DNA of 64,000 nucleotides from an uncultured Acidobacteriota bacterium (GTDB lineage: Bacteria; Acidobacteriota; Vicinamibacteria; Vicinamibacterales; SCN-69-37): contig CAVTYZ010000022.1 in assembly GCA_963739035.1 (NCBI GenBank), positions 258,015 to 322,014 on the forward strand. The letters run 5' to 3'. Both the position numbers and the translations under genes were made by a program. Below, piece by piece: positions 31,261 to 40,174 of this stretch. The notes under the pieces were generated by a model, which saw nothing but the letters and a program-made list of their open reading frames with translations, did no database searches and was not told the DNA's origin. Position 1 is the stretch's first letter. Each line of letters begins with the position of its first letter.

Positions 31261-31296
31261 TTGCCCCCGGACTCCCTTCGCGCTCCCTCGTGGGGC
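31256..31296. repeat. degenerate partial third copy of the 98-bp repeat core
   Basis: gaggtttgcccccggactcccttcgcgctccctcgtggggc compared with gaggctttgcccccggacccccttcgcgctctctcgtggggc: one indel and two substitutions. Confidence 0.75.
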
Positions 31297-31360
31297 TGCA
31301 CGTTCGCTCTGCTCTTAAGAATTAAGAAGGATGGCAAACGACAGCCCGTTCCTCGGACCA

Positions 31361-31390
31361 GTCGTACCCGTCGCACCTGTCGTACCAGTG
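31361..31390. repeat. 9-nt periodic repeat (GTCGTACC-type), immediately downstream of pyrC
   Basis: gtcgtaccc|gtcgcacct|gtcgtacca|gtg. Confidence 0.65.
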
Positions 31391-31398
31391 GTTCCCGA

Positions 31399-32712
31399 TC
31401 ACAACGTCTTCCGTCCCAGCACGTCGGGGTTCACGTGGACGACGCGTCCGCCGACGATCGTCGCGGCGACGCCGCCTTTCAGCGTCCAGCCATCGAACGG
31501 CGTGTTTCGCGACTTCGACCGGAACGTCGAGGCGCGGACGGTCACGGGGCTGTCGGGCGCCAGAATCGTCAGGTCAGCGATTCCGCCTTCGCGGAGCGTC
31601 CCTCCCGGAAGCCCGAGCACACGCGCGGGGCCCGACGTGAGCAACTCGATCAGGCGGTTGAGGCCGATCGCCCCCGTGTGGACCAGTCGATCGAAACAGA
31701 GCGGCACCGCGGTTTCGAGGCCCACGATGCCGAACGGCGCATTGTCGAACTCGAGCGCCTTTTCGTCAGAGTGATGCGGCGCATGGTCGGTGGCAATTGC
31801 GTCGATCGAGCCGTCTCTTATGCCGTCGAGCATCGCCAGGCGATCGGCCTCCTCGCGCAACGGCGGGTTCATCTTGAAGTTCGTGTCGTAATCCCCGCGC
31901 TCGGTCAGGACCTCGTCCGACAGCACGAAGTGATGCGGCGTCACCTCGGTGGTGACGCGAACGCCACGCGCCTTGCCGTCACGGACGGCCCGCAGGGACT
32001 GCCGGGCGCTCATGTGGGCGACATGGAAGTGGCCGCCCGTGAGCTCCGCCAGCGAGATGTCACGCTCGACCATGACGGATTCGGCAACGCCCGGAATGCC
32101 GCGGAGCCCGAGACGCGCCGACGCCGCGCCCTCGTGAGCGACGCCCTCGCCGCGGAGGGACGGATCCTCGCAGTGGTCAATGACCGGCAAGTCGAACATC
32201 GACGCGTACTCGAGCGCGCGCCGCATGAGCAACGCCGTCTCGATCGGACGGCCATCGTCCGAGATCGCGACACACCCGGCCGCATGGAGATCACCGATCT
32301 CGGTGAGGGCCTGGCCTCTCGAGCCGATCGAGACCGCGCCAATCGGATAGACGCGGGCGAGCCCGGCGTCCTTCGCCCGCTTCACGATGAACTCCGTCAC
32401 CGAGGCATGGTCGTTGATCGGGGACGTGTTGGGCATGCACGCGACCGCCGTGAACCCGCCGGCCACCGCCGACGCCGTGCCTGTCGCGATCGTCTCCTTG
32501 TGTTCCTGGCCGGGCTCGCGCAGGTGCACGTGGATGTCGATCAAGCCGGGCGTGACGATGAACGACGACGGCAGCTCGACGACCTCGGCGCCATCGACTG
32601 GAAGATTGGGTTCGATGCGCACGACGCGATCACCGTCGATCAGCAGGTCAAACGTTCCATTGCGACCCGCGGCCGGATCGACGAGATGCACGTTTCTGAA
32701 CAGCCGTCCCAT
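31399..32712 (-). CDS. pyrC: dihydroorotase
   Basis: Motifs: DIHVHLREPG, ACMPNTSP, HVAHMSA, TDHAPH. Intact. The start overlaps the pyrB stop (TGATG). Confidence 0.9.
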   Translation of the reverse strand: MGRLFRNVHLVDPAAGRNGTFDLLIDGDRVVRIEPNLPVDGAEVVELPSSFIVTPGLIDIHVHLREPGQEHKETIATGTASAVAGGFTAVACMPNTSPINDHASVTEFIVKRAKDAGLARVYPIGAVSIGSRGQALTEIGDLHAAGCVAISDDGRPIETALLMRRALEYASMFDLPVIDHCEDPSLRGEGVAHEGAASARLGLRGIPGVAESVMVERDISLAELTGGHFHVAHMSARQSLRAVRDGKARGVRVTTEVTPHHFVLSDEVLTERGDYDTNFKMNPPLREEADRLAMLDGIRDGSIDAIATDHAPHHSDEKALEFDNAPFGIVGLETAVPLCFDRLVHTGAIGLNRLIELLTSGPARVLGLPGGTLREGGIADLTILAPDSPVTVRASTFRSKSRNTPFDGWTLKGGVAATIVGGRVVHVNPDVLGRKTL

Positions 32713-33656
32713 CAGGCCTCCGCCTCACCGCCGGCGAGCAGATACAAGACCGCCATGCGCACGGCCACACCGTTGGCGACCTGGTCCAGAATCACCGACC
32801 ACGGACCGTCAGCGACCTCCGAATCGATCTCGACGCCACGGTTCATCGGGCCCGGGTGCATGACGATCACGTCCGTCGCGGCACGCTCGAGACGCGCCAG
32901 CGTGAGCCCGAAGAGCGAGAAATACTCCCGCACCGACGGGAGAAAGAGTCCATGCATCCGTTCGTGCTGGACCCGCAGCATCATCACGACGTCGGCGCCG
33001 TCGAGCGCTTCATCGATGGACGTGGTCATCGTCACGCCGAGCCGATCGAGGCCGGGCGGCATGAGCGTGGCCGGGCCACACGCACGGACCGTCGCGCCCA
33101 TCCTGGTCAACAGCAGCGCGTTCGACCGGAAGACACGGCTGTGGGCGACGTCCCCGACGACGGCCACCGTCAAGCCGGCGATCCGGCCCTTCCGCTCGAG
33201 CATCGTGAACGCATCCAGCAGAGCCTGGGTCGGGATGCTCGTGCATCCCGTCGCCGGCGTTCACGATGCTTCCCCGGCAGATCTTGGCGAGCTGATGAGC
33301 GGCGCCGGACGCGCCGTGCCGCATGACGATCATGTCCGGCGACATGGCCTCGAGCGTCCGAGCCGTGTCAGCCAGCGTCTCGCCCTTGACCACGCTCGAG
33401 CCCGACGTGGTCATTCCGAGGGTGTCCGCGCTCAAGCGCTTTTCCGCGAGCTCGAACGACATCCGCGTGCGCGTGCTGGGCTCGAAGAACAGGTTGATCA
33501 CCGTCCGGCCTCTGAGCGTCGGAACCTTCTTGATGGGCCGGAGCGCGACTTCCTTCATCGCCGAGGCGGTCTGCATCACCAGATCGATTTCGGAGGGGTC
33601 GAGCTCGGTCGATCCCCGAGCAGGTGCCGGCTTCGGAGCGCCGTCGCCGTGGTCAT
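32712..33656 (-). CDS. pyrB: aspartate carbamoyltransferase catalytic subunit (two frame jumps)
   Basis: Motifs FFEPSTRTR and [11 protein letters not shown]. The HP-TQALLD motif is split at the G-run 33232-33234. The N-terminal junction is at ~33615. ATG 33656 overlaps the pyrR stop (ATGA). Confidence 0.9.
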
Positions 33657-34183
33657 CCTTCCACCTCCACTTCGTCGCGGCCGTCGATCTCGGTCAGCCG
33701 TACGTGCACCGTCTGTTGACGCGACGTCGGAATGTTGCGACCGACGTAGTCCGCGCGAATCGGAAGCTCGCGATGGCCGCGGTCCACGAGCGCCACGAGT
33801 TGAATGGCGCGCGGTCGCCCGAAATCGATGAGCGCGTCGAGTGCCGCGCGAATCGTCCGGCCCGTATACAGCACGTCATCGACGAGCAGGATGACCCGGC
33901 CGTCGAGCTCGAATGGCATCTCCGTCCTGCGGATGACCGGCTGGGAACCGGCGGAGTGTCCCATCAAGTCGTCGCGGTACAGCGTGATGTCGAGCGAACC
34001 GACCGGCAGCTCGACGCCAGCGATCGTCTTGAGCTCGGCAGCCAACCGCTCCGCGATCGGCACGCCACGCGCGTGGATGCCGATGAGGGCCAGGTCGCCG
34101 ATTGGGCGATTGCGCTCGAGGATCTCGTGGGCAATCCGGGTGATGCTTCGCGACACGCGGTCCGCGTCCATCACGATCGCCAT
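33653..34183 (-). CDS. pyrR: bifunctional pyrimidine operon regulator / uracil phosphoribosyltransferase PyrR
   Basis: Motifs [12 protein letters not shown] and [18 protein letters not shown] at 34183. Confidence 0.9.
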   Translation of the reverse strand: MAIVMDADRVSRSITRIAHEILERNRPIGDLALIGIHARGVPIAERLAAELKTIAGVELPVGSLDITLYRDDLMGHSAGSQPVIRRTEMPFELDGRVILLVDDVLYTGRTIRAALDALIDFGRPRAIQLVALVDRGHRELPIRADYVGRNIPTSRQQTVHVRLTEIDGRDEVEVEG

Positions 34184-34286
34184 GGCGACCCCGGGGAAAC
34201 GGCAAACGCGGACGCGATTGGGCGGGAGTAACGTATGAGGCCGCGTGAGGGCAGGCCCGCAGCCAGGCCAGATGAAATCATGCACA

Positions 34287-34320
34287 CCTCTTTGCGGCCT
34301 CTCAGGACCGCGTTAAAGAG
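34287..34320 (-). promoter_or_regulatory. candidate PyrR-binding RNA stem-loop in the pyrR-pyrB-pyrC leader
   Basis: Minus-strand RNA is CUCUUUAACGCGGUCCUGAGAGGCCGCAAAGAGG. Outer stem CUCUUU/AAAGAG, inner stem GCGG/CCGC, loop UCCUGAGAGG. This resembles the conserved PyrR target (UCCAGAGAGG). It lies ~100 nt upstream of the pyrR ATG. Confidence 0.6.
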
Positions 34321-34356
34321 CGGAGAAAAGCTTAGCACACACGGAACGACATGCCG

Positions 34357-36128
34357 CTATCTCTCGTGGCTGGCCACATATTTCACTGGATGTTCCAGCA
34401 CGTACGTCGGCACGAAGAGATCCGTGCGCGCGAAGCCGTCCATGTCCTTTCCGACCGCCACACCCATGTAGTAGAGGACCGTCGGGGCGACGTCGAGGAT
34501 GGTGCCACGGCCGAACGAGCCACTGGCGACGTTGGTGCCGTACGCCATCAGGAATCCATCCGGCGCCGTCTCATGCGTGCCGCTGAAGTTGGGACGGCCG
34601 AGCAGACGCGCGAGCAGGCGCTTGCCGAGCGGCAGTCGGCTCCATGCCAAATCCGGAGATCACGAGCAGCAGATCGCCGGGAGCCAGGCGTCTCGTCGCC
34701 TGGCCGATTTCGCTGTCGATGAACGCGTAATACTGGTCCAGCACGGATCGCTGCGGGTCCACGCGCAACCGATCGCCGAAAAGCTCCGGCTGCGCATCGC
34801 TCAGGTAGGAGTGGCCGAACGTCGCGAGCCCTTCGTAGCGGACCGCCGTCAGCCTCGGCGCGAACTGAGGCGCGAGCGCCAAAACACTTTCGTGATACGC
34901 GCGGTCCCAACGGGCCTGGTTCAGTCCGATGGGATCTGGAAGGCCCGAGGCCAGGGCGGGCATGACCTCGGCCCGCGACGTCGCCTGCCAGCGGTCGAAG
35001 ATCTCGCGCGCGATGTCTACGGCCGTCGTCGGATCGCCAGCGCTGGCGTCCCGCAACCGAAGTGGCTCACTGGCGGCTTCGTCGAAGCGATCGCTCAGCA
35101 CGAACCCGCGATCGGCACGCGCCGGGTACGAGAGCGGCCAGCCCGGCCACGCCGGACAGCGATCCCGTAATCCGACAAGATGTCCCAGACCGGACGGGCG
35201 GACAGAGACGACGAGGTCGGCGCCGAACGCTGCACGAAGCCCTGATCGGGGAGCGCGGACGCAAAGCAGTAGTCTGGCAGGATGTCGGCCGCGATCACGT
35301 CGCCCTCGCGCGCGCGGTAGCTCGCATTCGATCGGATGCCGTTCTGCTGCGGGGACTTGCCCGTCGCGGCCGCGGCCCAAATCGGCTCCGCCTGGGTGGG
35401 TGTGAGCGTGGCGAGATCGATCGTCGCCGCGCGATCGAGCAGTCGGCCGAGGTTCGGAAACTGGCCGGCCGCCACGCGCTGCCGGATGAACCCGAGCGAC
35501 GCGCCGTCGAGCGCGAATATCGACACGCGGGGAGGGAACGCCACCGGCGCGACGGCCGCGCGGAGGTCCGGAGGCTGGTCGCCGGCAATCGGCCGGGGCA
35601 GCACAGGCACCTCGCCCGGACCTCGAAGCCAGAGTGGCGCCGCCACCGATAACACGAGACAGGTCAGGAGCAACGCCGCAACGGGACGGCTTCGGCGACG
35701 GGAGACCGAGTAGCGCAGCACGGCGATGAGGAGAAGCGCCGCCGCCGTAGGCGGTCGTGGCATAGGCGCCGGCGCGCATCCGTTCGCGTGCCACGTCGAC
35801 TCAAGATCGTCGAGAACGCGGCGAGATTCGTCCAGGTCAGCGCCGCGGCGGCGCCGGCACCGACGACCCCGAACCACGCAAGAATACGGACGCTCAGCCA
35901 TGCGGGCCGCAACGGCTCGGTGGACAGCAGATCCCGCCCGAGCATCAGGAAGAACAAGGCCACGCTGAGATACGGCGCGTAAAAGGCGACCATCGCGCCG
36001 AGCCATGCCAGCGCCGTCCACGACACCACCGGGAGCTGTGGGTTGAGCTGGAACACGAGCACCGCGACGTACGCGGCCATGAGCACCGCGCCGGCAATGG
36101 CGTTCGTCAGCATCCTGAGGTAGCGCAT
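34357..36128 (-). CDS. membrane-anchored alkaline-phosphatase-superfamily protein (phosphodiesterase/sulfatase-like; at least three frame jumps)
   Basis: N-terminal multi-TM region (MRYLRMLTNAIAGAVLMAAYVAVLVF...). AP-superfamily-like core (SIFALDGAS, LLLVISGFGME, APDGFLMAYG). Pieces lie in three frames, with junctions at ~35750, ~35150 and ~34640. Confidence 0.55.
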
Positions 36129-36206
36129 ACGCTCGCGGGATCATAGCTGTCGTTCGTGATGCCGGACCAAGGTACGGCCGGTTCCTCGATATACTTTCCA
36201 CGTTCC

Positions 36207-37034
36207 ATGCCGATCGAGGTTCTGGCGGGCGTCGCCGCCAACACGCGTCTCTCGCCCGACTACAACGTGATCGAACTGGCAGCGCCGGCCATCGCCGAGA
36301 TGGCGCAGCCGGGGCAATTCGTCATGGTGAAAGCGACGGAGGGCCTCGACCCGCTCCTGCGGCGCCCATTCTCGATCTTCGAGCGACTTCGCGGTCGGGA
36401 TGGGGCGCTCTCGGGTCTGAGCCTTCTCAATAAGCGGATCGGGCGTGGCACGTCACAGCTCTACAGCGCGCGCGAGGGCGACAAGGTCTCGGTCCTCGGT
36501 CCACTCGGTCAGCCGTTTGTGCCGGTCGACCCGCCGGCACACGCCTGGATGGTGGCCGGAGGCGTCGGCCTGGCGCCCTTCGCGACGCTGGCCGAGGCAC
36601 TGGCAGAGCGCGGGACGCCGATGACGCTCTTCTACGGCGGGCGCTCGGCGGCGGATCTGTACTACTCGGCGCTGTTCGAACGGCTCGGCGCGACGCTCCT
36701 GCTGACGACCGAAGACGGAACGCTTGGCGAGCGTGGACGCGTCACCGCGCCCCTCGAACGCCGGCTGCGGTCGCTCGAGCCGGGACAGGACGTGACGATG
36801 TACGCCTGCGGCCCGACACCAATGATGCGAGCCGTCGCGGACCTCGGCGGCGCCGCCAATCGACAGGTCTTCGTGTCTCTCGAACCCGTGATGGGATGCG
36901 GAATGGGTGGCTGCTACAGCTGCGTCGTGCCCGTCCGCCGCGGTTCGGGCGCGCACTTCGTGAGATCCTGTCTGGACGGCCCGGTCTTCGGCGCGTCGGA
37001 CGTGGTCTGGGAACGGCTGCCGGCCGGGCACTGA
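36207..37034 (+). CDS. pyrK: dihydroorotate dehydrogenase electron-transfer subunit
   Basis: Motifs: RRPFSIF, GGVGLAPF, C-terminal CGMGGCYSC iron-sulfur motif. Intact. Confidence 0.85.
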   Translation: MPIEVLAGVAANTRLSPDYNVIELAAPAIAEMAQPGQFVMVKATEGLDPLLRRPFSIFERLRGRDGALSGLSLLNKRIGRGTSQLYSAREGDKVSVLGPLGQPFVPVDPPAHAWMVAGGVGLAPFATLAEALAERGTPMTLFYGGRSAADLYYSALFERLGATLLLTTEDGTLGERGRVTAPLERRLRSLEPGQDVTMYACGPTPMMRAVADLGGAANRQVFVSLEPVMGCGMGGCYSCVVPVRRGSGAHFVRSCLDGPVFGASDVVWERLPAGH

Positions 37035-37054
37035 CCGCGACGTTGAGAACCTGC

Positions 37055-37982
37055 ATGGACTCTTCCATCCCCATCGGCTCGCTCGTCCTCAGGAACCCCG
37101 TCATCGCCGCATCCGGATGTTTCGGGTACGGCGTCGAGTATGCCGACTCGGTCGACCTCGCCTCGCTCGGCGGCGTCGCCGTGAAAGGCCTGTTTCTCGC
37201 GGAGCGGGAGGGACACGCGCCTCCGCGCATCGTCGAGACGCCGTCCGGGATGCTGAATGCCATCGGGCTCCAGGGCATCGGCGTTCACCGGTTCGTCGCC
37301 GAGAAGATGCCGGAGCTTCGGCGTCTCGATGCGACGGTTTTCGTCAACATCTGCGGGTCCACGATCGCCGAGTACCTGCGAGATCGCCCGCATCCTCTCT
37401 GACGTCGAAGGTGTCGGCGCGATCGAGCTCAACATCTCGTGCCCGAACATCAAGGAAGGCGGCATCGAGTTCGGATGCAGCCTGACGGGCACGCACGACG
37501 TCGTCAGCGCCGTGCGGAAAGTCACGAGCTTGCCCGTCATTCCGAAGCTGACGCCCAACGTGACGAGCGTGGCGTCGTTCGCCCGGGCGGCTGAAGACGC
37601 GGGCGCGGACGCCGTGTCGCTCATCAATACATTCCTCGCGATGGCCATCGACGTCGAGACCCGCCGCCCGAAGCTCACGAACGTCGTCGGCGGGCTGAGC
37701 GGCCCGGGCATCCGGCCGATCGCGGTGCGAATGGTCTGGGACTGCTATCGCGCGGTGAAGATTCCCATCATCGGCATGGGAGGCATCGCCACGCCGGAGG
37801 ACGCGCTCGAGTTCATCATCGCGGGCGCATCGGCGGTTCAGGTGGGCACGGCCAACTTCGTCGACCCGTTCATCTGGGGCAAGATTCTCGACGGCATCTC
37901 GAGCTACATGGAGCGTCACGGCGTGTCTCGTGTGGCCGATCTCGTCGGCTCGGTTGACATTCCGCAGAGGACGCACGCGTGA
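37055..37982 (+). CDS. pyrD: dihydroorotate dehydrogenase (class 1B) catalytic subunit (one frame jump)
   Basis: Motifs: [29 protein letters not shown]. Junction at ~37370. Confidence 0.9.
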
Positions 37983-38695
37983 ACCGGATTCTCGTCGCCC
38001 TCGACGTCTCGACGGCTCCAGACGCGTTGGCGCTCGCCGACACGCTCCGCGGAGTCGTGGGCGGTTACAAGGTCGGCAGCCAGCTCTTCACCTCCGAAGG
38101 CCCGTCGATTGTGCGCGCGCTGGTCGAACGAGGCGATCGCGTGTTTCTGGATCTGAAATTTCATGACATCCCGAATACGGTGGCTGGTGCCGTCGCGGCC
38201 GCCACCGATCTCGGAGTGTGGATGGTGAACGTGCACGCCGCGGGTGGGCCAGCCATGCTGGCCGCGGCCAGGCAGGCGGCTCACGAGGCCGCCGGGCGCC
38301 GCGGCGGCACACCGCCGCTCGTCATCGCGGTGACGGTGCTCACGAGCATGGACGATGCGACGCTTCGTGAGGTCGGCGTGAATCACACACCGATCGAACA
38401 GGTCGAGCGGCTGGCTCGGCTCACCGAGGAGGCAGGTCTGGACGGGGTTGTGGCGTCGCCTCAGGAGGTCACGGCGATCCGGCGGGCCTGCGGCCCCTCG
38501 TTCGTCGTGGTGACGCCTGGCATTCGGGGGGGGACGGCGACATCGGGACCAGATGACCAGCGTCGGACGGCCACGCCTGCCGGCGCAGTGGCCGCCGGCA
38601 GCTCGTTTCTGGTGATCGGCCGGCCGATTACCGGCGCGGCCGATCCCAGAGGCGCTGCTCAGCTCATGGCTGAGGAAATCGCTACTTCGCGGTAA
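37979..38695 (+). CDS. pyrF: orotidine-5'-phosphate decarboxylase
   Basis: Motif [10 protein letters not shown]. The GTG start overlaps the pyrD stop (GTGA). Intact. Confidence 0.9.
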   Translation: MNRILVALDVSTAPDALALADTLRGVVGGYKVGSQLFTSEGPSIVRALVERGDRVFLDLKFHDIPNTVAGAVAAATDLGVWMVNVHAAGGPAMLAAARQAAHEAAGRRGGTPPLVIAVTVLTSMDDATLREVGVNHTPIEQVERLARLTEEAGLDGVVASPQEVTAIRRACGPSFVVVTPGIRGGTATSGPDDQRRTATPAGAVAAGSSFLVIGRPITGAADPRGAAQLMAEEIATSR

Positions 38696-39266
38696 CGACG
38701 AAGTGCCCGCGACGGTTCTGCCGCCAGCAGGCCTCGGCTTCTTCGGTGCACGCGGGCTGCTCTTCGCCCATGCTGACCACATTGACTCGCCCTGCGGTCA
38801 CGCCAAGACTGACCAGGTAGTCGCGAATCGCTGACGCCCGACGTTCGCCGAGGGCGAGGTTGTACTCGCTCGTGCCTCGCGAGTCGGCATGCCCTTCGAC
38901 GGTCACCGTCGTGGACAACCACTTGCGCATCCACTCCGAGTTCTTCTGCAGACTGGCGCGAGCCGTGTCGCCCAAATCCGACTGGTCGTACAGGAAGAAC
39001 ACGTCCGCGAGAGGCCGCTGCGCGTTCAACTCGCTGAGCGACATCTTCGCGAAGAGCTCGGCTTCCGTCGCCGCAGGTGGCGCCGGCGCTGGCGGAGGTG
39101 CGGGTGGTGGCGGCGGTGGTGGCGGCGGCGTAGCCGGCTGCGCAGCCGGTGGTGGCGGCGGTGGCGGTGGCGTAACCGGTGGCTGCTTCTTACCACACGC
39201 GTTGATGAACACCACGGCTCCCAGTACAACAACCACTGACAGGAGGCGGTTCCGTCGTCGTGACAT
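38682..39266 (-). CDS. pal: peptidoglycan-associated lipoprotein (OmpA-family)
   Basis: Lipobox VFINAC, a ~40-aa Pro/Ala linker, and an OmpA-like domain VEGHADSRGTSEYNLALGERRA. Confidence 0.8.
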   Translation of the reverse strand: MSRRRNRLLSVVVVLGAVVFINACGKKQPPVTPPPPPPPPAAQPATPPPPPPPPPAPPPAPAPPAATEAELFAKMSLSELNAQRPLADVFFLYDQSDLGDTARASLQKNSEWMRKWLSTTVTVEGHADSRGTSEYNLALGERRASAIRDYLVSLGVTAGRVNVVSMGEEQPACTEEAEACWRQNRRGHFVVTAK

Positions 39267-39422
39267 CAGGCTTCTCCTCGGAGGTCGATCCCGATCAGAT
39301 ATTGCGGGACATGGAGTTGCGCCGAGCTTACCGGGGTGAAAGTGTACCTGTCAATCGAATCTGCACGCTATTTCGCGCTTTGAACGACCTCAGGTGTACT
39401 CGGGACGTACAATCACGCCGCG

Positions 39423-40169
39423 ATGGAGCGCATGCTCGACGCCACTCGGCGTGCGGAAGACGCGCACTTCTGGTTCAAAGGGCTGCGACGCACAGCTCGC
39501 CAGTTGATCGAAGCCGCCCGCGGGCAACGTGAGCTTCGCCGCATCGTCGACTGTGGTGCGGGCACCGGGCGCAATCTCGACTGGCTTCGAGAGTACGGTG
39601 ACGCCGTCGGCGTGGAACTCTCGCCCACGGGCCTTGCAGCCGGGCGTGCCACCGGCCGACGGCTCATTGCGGGATCGGTCGCCGCGCTTCCCTTCGCTGA
39701 CTCGAGCGTGGATCTGGCGACGTCGTTCGACGTGCTCTACTGCCTCGACGACGCGACCGAACGCAAGGCACTCGCGGAGATGTGGCGCATCCTCCGGCCC
39801 GGCGGCCTGGTGATCGTCAATGCCGCGGCCCTGGACGTGCTGCGCGGATCGCATTCGACCCTCACCCACGAGGTGCGGCGGTACACACCCGAACGTTTGC
39901 GCTCACGGCTCCTGGACGCCGGGTTCACGGTCGAACGGCTGACCTTCACGAATCTCACGCCGTTCCCGGTCGCGCTCGTGCTCCGCGGGCTCGAACGGCT
40001 CAGCGGCCGGGCCAGCGAGGCGTCGGATCACGACCTCCGGGTACCCGCCTGGCCGATCAACGCGTTCTTCAACATGACGCTGTCGGCCGAGGCGGCCGTC
40101 TTGCGCGTCGTCAACCTGCCGATCGGAACGTCCGTGATGGCAGTCGCGAGCAAAAAAGTGGTCGGATGA
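39423..40169 (+). CDS. class I SAM-dependent methyltransferase
   Basis: Motifs VDCGAGTGRN (motif I) and LRPGGLVIV. Intact. Confidence 0.8.
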   Translation: MERMLDATRRAEDAHFWFKGLRRTARQLIEAARGQRELRRIVDCGAGTGRNLDWLREYGDAVGVELSPTGLAAGRATGRRLIAGSVAALPFADSSVDLATSFDVLYCLDDATERKALAEMWRILRPGGLVIVNAAALDVLRGSHSTLTHEVRRYTPERLRSRLLDAGFTVERLTFTNLTPFPVALVLRGLERLSGRASEASDHDLRVPAWPINAFFNMTLSAEAAVLRVVNLPIGTSVMAVASKKVVG

Positions 40170-40174
40170 CTTGT

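Noticed and set aside
30976-31296. Possible CRISPR array
   Set aside because: It has only two contiguous identical 98-bp units with a 2-nt junction and no spacers, plus a degenerate fragment. There are no cas genes. It is a tandem duplication, not a CRISPR.
31261-33831. 856-aa ORF on the plus strand
   Set aside because: It lies entirely antisense to pyrC and pyrB, which have unmistakable homology. The translation is Arg/Ala/Pro/Asp-rich with no recognisable motifs. Long antisense ORFs are expected at this G+C content.
38990-39190. GC-rich tandem repeat (ggtggcggcggtggtgg...) on the plus strand
   Set aside because: It is the complement of the Pro/Ala-rich linker coding region of the Pal lipoprotein (PPPPPPPPPAAQPATPPPPPPPPPAPPPAPAPP). 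It is coding low complexity, not a non-coding repeat.
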